A stretch of 64,000 nt of DNA, taken from Macrostomum lignano. Its lineage: Eukaryota. Positions 56,885-64,000 of the stretch are shown piece by piece. The DNA is taken from the NCBI GenBank assembly GCA_002269645.1, contig NIVC01002620.1, positions 1 through 64,000 of the forward strand, given 5' to 3'. Each line of letters starts with the position of its first letter. The first letter of the stretch is position 1. The notes below the pieces were generated by a model. That model saw only the letters and a list, made by a program, of their open reading frames with translations, ran no database searches and was not told where the DNA came from. Made by a program: the position numbers and the translations under genes.

Positions 56885-59800
56885 TCACCGGCTCTTGCCG
56901 CCGCCTCCCAAAGTCTTGCTAATATCAACTCCAGCCATGCTTTTAACCACATTGGGCAGCCGTTCCATGATGTCCATCACTTCGCCCGTGATCTTCGCCG
57001 CGCCTAATTCGGAGCCTTTGCCGCCGTTGCTCACCATGGTGATCTTGCTGGCCCCGGCCAACGGCTGGGCAACCTCGGCAGCCAGTTTAGGCAGAGTCTT
57101 CAGCACCAAGTCGAGTTTAGCTGCCTCGCCGTACTCTTTCCAAGCGTCGGCCTTCTTAGCCATCTGCTCGGCTGTGGCCTTGGCTCGAGCCTCGATAGCG
57201 TAGGCCTCAGCCTCGCCCTTCAGCTGTATGGTCTCAGCCTCGGCCTGGGCCTCCAGCACAATCTTCTGGTTCTCCGCTTCGGCCAGCTTCTCCAGCCGGT
57301 AGCGCTCGGCCTCGGCCGGCTTGCGAACTGTGGCGTCCAATTGGCGCTCTTTGCGCACAATCTCCAGCTCCTATTGCAGAGGTTAAGCGTTGTAAAATGT
57401 TAACTTAACTTAAGCTTGACACCACAGACACTAGAACAACTGCTAGGCAACAATCGACTCTGGTTTTCTACAAGCAGACTTATTAAATTAGCATCTTCGT
57501 TCTGTTTTAGCGACTCCAGATTGCCTCAGACTCAAATTTATACCCTATATTCGAACAATAGTATTTTGCAGATTAATTTAGACTATTCAGCCTATTAAGA
57601 CTATTGACGGAGTCGCTCGAACAACAAGTTGACGCGGCGCACGCTGGCCTGCTGCGCGCCGCCTTCAAGATTGGCTACGACTACGAGCGAGTGACCAACG
57701 CGGCTTTGTATCGCCGCGCCCGCCTGGTCCGTCCAAGCGACCTGCTGCGCCGTCGGCGACTCCAGCTGGCAGGCCACATCATCCGCGTCGAGTCTCACTG
57801 CCCAGAGCCGGTGCAGGAAGTGCTGCTGCTAACGCTGCAGGCACCCTACCAGCGAAAGCAGGCGCGCACTCTCGGCGTTTCGTCGACTGCCTGCTGGCTG
57901 ACGCCGGCGCCCCGGATTCGGCCTTCATTCGCGACCTGGCCTTGAGGCGCGCCCCGTAACGCTAACTGCGTATTCAGTATATCAGTATGCAAGAATAGCA
58001 AGAGAAAAAAGAGACCTACAACTATAGTCATTGAGGCTTGACGGAGAGGTGAACTTTTGAGAGCCATATCAAGATTTTTGGACGTTAGGCGAGCTACCGT
58101 GTACCATAATTTACACACTTTGGTATTGATGGGAGAGGAGGCGCAACGCTCTGCCTGGAGTGAAGACACGTCAACTCAATCAGCTCAGCTCAGAGTTATC
58201 ACGTTGCTAAAGCTTAGTACTGCTTCTATATTGGCAGAGTTCCATAGCGTACTAAAGTGTTGGCACTTCAACTATGTCGAGAGCATTAAACAGCTACGCC
58301 ACCTTTTCGCACTGAAGTATGCTAGTGTGATATTATTTGGTGGCGCACGGTTTTACCACGAATTGCAAATTCCAAAGGCATTCGGCAATCACATTGGCAT
58401 ACAAGTCTTACCACTAGCTGACAAGTGGCTCTTCATGGTGTTGATTTAGTTTTACTTTACTTTTTTCTTTTGAAAGCTTCATTGGTAATTTAAAAAATTA
58501 TTTGTGTGGAACATTATCTCTTAGGTCGCATTTAGTTAAAAAGTTTTTGCTACAAAAAAATTGTCTTATTTTTTGTGGCAACAGAGCAACCCACCTTTTA
58601 AGGAGGCCTAATGCTATAGCTATCGAGAAAAATAACCGACGAGTATTCTGCGAAAGTCACTTGCGTATATCAATGTGAATTTTTCAACGAACCCAGGGAA
58701 ACAGTTTTTTACATTTGGTAACTGTATTTGTAGAACTTCAACAAGTGATTTTTGCTATATTGTTGAATTTCAACCATCAACACATGCTCTTGTGAGCATC
58801 CTGCATCCAATTGGTTCGTTTTTTGATCCTTAAATGTGTAGTACCGATTGGAATAACGATTCAAATTTATTCGAATCGCGTTCTGTACTTCACTCAGAGT
58901 TTACAAAAGTGAATATCTTTTAATTTTTATTTTAGTCAAGGTTCATGTAATATGCCAGCAGTAATGAGAAGGCATTACATCCAAGCGAAATATTGCGTCA
59001 CTTTATTTCTGTGCCAATTAAGCCAATTGATTCCGGTAGGTTTTGCCTAATTTCCTTATGCAGCAAGTTTAAGCACGACTTCATATAATTGTGGCGATAT
59101 TCTACAACGTTTTGTAATTTTTTACCCACTAGGAAAACAATTTATCGTCATTTATGCCATTCTGTTGCGCTTGTATTTCTAACTTTACTTAGCACTTAGC
59201 AGTTGACACTTATTTGCAATTTTCTGAAGTAAGCATATTTAGAGGGAAGATTTTGTTTTCAATGATATGGCCAGAGAAGTGAAATGGTCTTTAATATATA
59301 CAGATAACAGAATACCGAATATTTTCTGTGTACATTTTCGATTACAAATAGCATGACATGTTTTGACTACTATAGGTGCAATACTGCTGTATATTGTCTA
59401 CATAACATCTCTACATGTCTAAATCTCTACATTGTCTACATAATGCCTCATGTACGTTCATCATATACGTATCATATACGTTTTCAATAGGGCGGCTTTA
59501 TTGTTTATTCATTCCTCTTATTTATTTCCCCTTTTTTCCCGTGCTTATTAGTAGGGCTTCATACATTTATCGGATTTGATTTGATTATTACTTAAACAAT
59601 TTTCTACGCTCGAAATGATATGGATGATCGTGGATAGTGAACATTCCATGGAAAAAATACGCTTGGGAACAGACATGAACATTCAAGGAACCATGAATGC
59701 TCAGGGATGAATCATGCATGTGAGACTTAAAGGCTTCATGGATGATTCGTCTGTGATTTAGGTCTAGGGTCAGTTCTGTTAATCTTAGCATATTAGTGTG

Positions 59801-62800
59801 CATGCGTCAAATTTATGCATCAAACTGACAATAATAGTTCTATTTCCCATCTCGTCTGTGTATTTTTGCGTCTGGTGGCCCCAATTCGCCAAACTCCCAA
59901 GCGACACTTGCTTGTGCTTGGCCGATCTTTCGTCAGCTTCGCTTAGTTTCTTTATTTACTCTTTATACGAGCATTCTTTATATCCTTCACTATGCTTCAC
60001 TATTATATGCTTGACTCATGTCGCCTACGAGCGTAGTTGCCTAGTAAAGCATCAGTTCAGGCCGCAGCTCAACAAGCAGGACAACGCGCAATGCAGACTC
60101 TGAAACGATGAAGAAGAATCCAACACCCATTTGATGGAGTACCCTGCCACGTGGAGCAAAACATCATAGGCTTTGAGGACCTGTGGTTGCAAACCGACCG
60201 CCGCCCTCAGGTTCTGGCACTGGCTAAGAGAGAGATGGAAAGCCTAGTATGAAAATTTTGTGCAGCACAAACGCAGGCACGCTGCAGCAGCAACTGGCAG
60301 TCACTGATTGTGCAACTGAAGGACGAGCCTCGACGCGTCAAGCTGCTATGGTACAAGGTACAGGCTTCAGGTGTTTATCTAGTTCTGGCAGAACTCGCTT
60401 AAAGTCACTGATCCTGCCTCATGGAAACGCCGATATTGAGTGTCAGTTTAGCAAACTTAAGTCGCATTTCGCGAATGGACCGCAACCAACTGCAGAATCC
60501 ATCGATTCACGGCATAATGACCGTTCAAACCTGCGTAATCTCGGTAAGAAGGTAAAAGAAGCCATACGTGATTGCAGCGTGAGTGCGCCTGGCAGTCAAG
60601 CGTTGCTTACAAAACTGTTGCAAAAGCAGCATTTTCTAAGAAGGAAGATGCTCATCAAGTCGAGAGAGCCCGAAAGAAAGCAGAGGCCGACAAGGCAAAG
60701 GCGGTAGGAGCTAGCTACAAAGCAAAAGCTAACCATGGAATATATGGCTCACGCTCAACGTCTCTTGTCTTGGAGGTTGAACAGGAAGATCAGCTGTGGG
60801 CCTGCAGCCCAATCAGGGCATAAAAGAGGGGCATCTCGACCAGCTGCATCTGTTTACAATAGCAGAACTTCAGCAGCATTGTGGATTACAGAACTTGGAT
60901 TCGATGCTTCGAAATCTGTCCAACTTGCCGGTATCCACGCAAAGATTGCACTTGCGTTAATAGCGTATTTGGCGAGTTTTACACAATCAACTTGAGACCG
61001 CAAATTACTCGTATAGCCAAGTCTTTTTAAGCCGACATTACGCAGTACTATGAACCTATGAAGAATTTAAAATGCGCCTACAAGACGTTTTAACATAATG
61101 TAAACACCTTTCGACATTAATCTTCTACTAAAAGCTGAAGGTGTCTGTTTCATCATCAATACTACGAACAACGATTCAATGTCGTTTGGGATGTGGGATT
61201 CTTCTCGGTATTTGGACCGAGTGTAACCTAAATTCGATGTTTTTCTCAACTGCATAATGCAATAGCTTCCGGTGTCTTGCGATGTTGTTGTTACGAACTC
61301 GTAAGTCCATCAATGCACACGATTTGCTTAGACTTACTTATATCGTTTGCTGCGACCTACCTGCCCTGGTTAGCGTTGTCGAAATAAGCGCCCACAGTGC
61401 TTTTTGCGTGCTTGAAGTGTTTAAATTCTGACAACAGTATGAGAACAGAAAAAATGGCGGAACTGTAATGCAGTACGCTTTGGAGGAGAGCTTTTTGCAT
61501 CGAACTATAGATAATTTCTACGAATGTGGTAACGCGGTGACTGCAGTCCGAAAAGATGTTTTCGGTGTTTACTGTCTCTGTACTGTCCAATATCACGGAA
61601 TTGTCGACCAACTTAATTCTGGATTCCATGTACACGGTTTTTGGAAAGAATTGCAAAGCTACGCCAAAAAATCGACTGGGCTGGCATTCTCTTCAAGCGC
61701 TCAAACGTTACCGTGTCACCGCAAGTTGTTCCGCATGACATGCCACGGTTCAAGCCGCTGGACGGCAAGCTGGCTTCATGGAGGGTAAACAAACTAAGTA
61801 GATCTCACCGTTTGAATCATTAAACAATAAAAATCTCAGATTCAGTCAAAAACGATGTTTGAGTCATAAAACTTTAAAACCCTCCGCATAGTAGAGTAAT
61901 AAAACTCAAAACCCCTCCGCACAGTCAAGTCATAAAACTCAAAACCCCTCCGCACAGTTGAGTCATAAAACTCAAAACCCCTCCGCATAGTTGAGTCATA
62001 AAACTCAAAACCCCTCCGCACAGTTGAGTCATAAAACTCAAAACCCCTCCGCACAGTTGATTCATAAAACTTCAAACCCCATTGCACAGTTGAGTCTTAA
62101 AAGATCAAACTCCTTCGCACAGTTGAGTCATAAAACAAACCCCTCTTGCATAGTTTAATTTAACTCACCTGCACATTGATCTGTTGAGTCCGCTCAACCA
62201 CTTTAATCTGCATTTCCTCCTCTTTAATCTGCTGTTTAGTCTTTGCTGCTTGCAGTTCGTAGGCCAAATCAGACTCGGCCTTCTTAGCCTGAACCTCCTG
62301 ATCGAAGGCGGCCTTTTTCAGTTCGTAATCCCGCTGCGACTTGGCAATCTCGATGTCATTTTTGTACTTGGCAGCCATGCGCTCCTGTTCAGCCATGGCC
62401 TCTTTAATGCCGGACTCTTTCTGGGCCTCAGCTTCGCCAATTCTGGCGTCGCGTTTCACTTGAGCTGTGCGCGACAGGCCGAGCGCTTTCAGGTAGCCTT
62501 CGTCATCTTTGATGTCTTTCAGAGTGTAGGACACCACGCTGATGCCCATGTTCACCAGGTCTGAGGAGGCCACCTGGTGAGATTAATCAGTGAAATTGAA
62601 TTAAATTGGTCTCTTGTATGGCGCTAAAGTCTCTCGTATGGCGCTAAATTGGCGCCGGTCTCACCTATGACACTAAATTGGCGCCAATCTCACCTATGGC
62701 ACTAAATTGGCGCTAATCTCACCTATGACACTAAATTGGCGCTAATCTCACCTATGGCACTAAATTGGCGCTAATCTCACCTATGACACTAAATTGGCGC

Positions 62801-63591
62801 TAATCTTACCTATGGCACTAAATTGGCGCCAAAACTGTACCATTGGAACTAAATTGGCGCCAATCTCACCTATGACACTAAATTGGCGCCAATCTCACCT
62901 ATGGCACTAAAATGGCGCCAAAATTGTACCAGTGGCACTAAATTGGCGCCAAAGTCTCATCAATGGCGCTAAATCGGCGCCAAAATTGTACCAGTGGCAC
63001 TAAATTGGCGCCAGTCTCACATGTGGCGCAAACTTAGCGCCAAAGTCGTACCAGTGGAGCTAAATTGGCGCCAAAGTCTCACCTATGTCGCTAAATTGGT
63101 ACCAAAATCCTAGAAAAAATAGTTTGATGTGTTGCCTATGTCGAATTATTAAAGAATTGAATTTTGAACTAAACCAAGTGGCATCATGATTCAGAGAGAA
63201 AAGTAATACTAGCAATTGCAAAGTCCAGAGCTTACCTCAAACACGGCTTTGCTAAATTTCTTTCTATCCTTGTAGATCTCTTCAACAGTCATGTTGCCCA
63301 TAATAGCTCGCTGATGACCTTCCAGAGTTTCGCGAGCAACCTCAGTAATCTCGTGCTCACTTTTTCCAAGAAACTGCTCGCAGGCAGAGGCAAGCATCTC
63401 CTGATTTTGGCCTTTGATTCGCAGCTGAGCAACCCCGGTGACAGTGATTGGCACCCCTAATTGAGTGTAGATTCTTGGCGACTCAATCGTGATGGTCATG
63501 GTGTTCAGGGAGATGCGCTGCGCCTGTTGAATGCACGGCAGGACAAATTTCCTACCGCCAGGAATGAACATTGGCTTGCTGTGGCAGCAGC
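56885..63591 (-). CDS. FLOT1: Flotillin-1; first coding exon lies beyond the window
   Basis: Exons 63591-63236, 62573-62169 and 57370-56885 join in frame with canonical splice sites. Motifs [53 protein letters not shown]-like, [18 protein letters not shown] and AKITGEV are flotillin-1 type. Confidence 0.96.
57600..57950 (+). mobile_element. RTE-clade LINE 3' fragment in a flotillin intron
   Basis: [21 protein letters not shown]...TNAALY...[14 protein letters not shown] matches the RTE ORF2 C-terminal 'ITNxELY...RRRLxxAGHxxR' pattern. Confidence 0.72.
58010..58200 (+). mobile_element. Possible Tc1/mariner-superfamily transposase N-terminal HTH relic
   Basis: [19 protein letters not shown]...G resembles an 'EIA..L.V.R.TVY' HTH; contains a stop, and no TIRs were found. 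Confidence 0.33.
60150..60720 (+). mobile_element. Degenerate hAT-like transposase C-terminal fragment
   Basis: [18 protein letters not shown] resembles the hAT dimerisation motif 'L.LPHSNAD.ER.FS'; followed by a Lys/Glu-rich tail; frameshifted. Confidence 0.5.
61855..62145. repeat. 33-bp minisatellite (GAGTCATAAAACTCAAAACCCCTCCGCACAGTT)
   Basis: Direct reading; begins about 25 nt inside the flotillin donor site. Confidence 0.94.
62615..63105. repeat. 29/30-bp minisatellite (TAAATTGGCGCCAATCTCACCTATGGCAC)
   Basis: Direct reading; fills the flotillin intron 63235-62574. Confidence 0.94.
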
Positions 63592-64000
63592 CTGTGTGTT
63601 GTGTAGGGGTTTAATTTCAAAATTTAATTGAATTCAATATCACACTTTCTTTCATCTGTTTAAGACTCTACTTGGTCAAACTTCTGGATTTTGTGGCTTA
63701 GCCTATGTAACCTTTTTGGCACTCTCTTATTTATATCTAGTTTTTTCTTTTTGGTCTCTCACATTTATTTGTCCTTATTTGCTTATCCAACTGATTTTAA
63801 TTTGTTTTAATAGCACTAAGGCTTTATGAACTCTATATTGTAATTAATATTTCATTATTAACATACTATAATATGATTATACTATAAATACATTAATAGT
63901 CATATTAAATCAGGTTTAAAAGCTTAAAAAGAATCAAAACAAAATTGTCTCACTAAAAAAATTCTTATCTAAGTATAGCAAAATTTAAAGACATTTGAAA

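Noticed and set aside
61465-61830. Possible Tc1-like HTH ([20 protein letters not shown]...)
   Set aside because: The resemblance is too weak and there are no TIRs or catalytic motifs.

Overview
This is eukaryotic (invertebrate) genomic DNA with spliceosomal introns. The GC-rich exons and introns swollen by private tandem arrays look like a flatworm such as Macrostomum, which is my inference and is not shown by the sequence. Minus-strand genes I reconstructed by hand: (1) a NEURL4-like neuralized-repeat gene (5933 to <1) carrying about six inferred 1-bp deletions; (2) an orphan ORF (8297-7752); (3) a 4-exon coiled-coil gene (16186-10508) whose last intron contains an intronless class A GPCR (14549-13539) on the same strand and a mariner relic; (4) a 12-exon, 741-aa anosmin-1/KAL1-like gene (40601-20903) with a Cys box and four FN3 domains, apparently lacking the WAP domain and ending in a GPI-signal-like tail; (5) flotillin-1 (>63591-56885). 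On the plus strand is an F-box gene (about 43446-45938). Also present are a CORE-type tRNA SINE whose A-box head is tandemly amplified, decayed LINE and DNA-transposon fragments, and more than 30 micro/minisatellite arrays. The very long ORFs in the supplied track (SVCL, TDRQ, SIYL types) are microsatellite artefacts. There is no CRISPR array, rRNA or intact tRNA.
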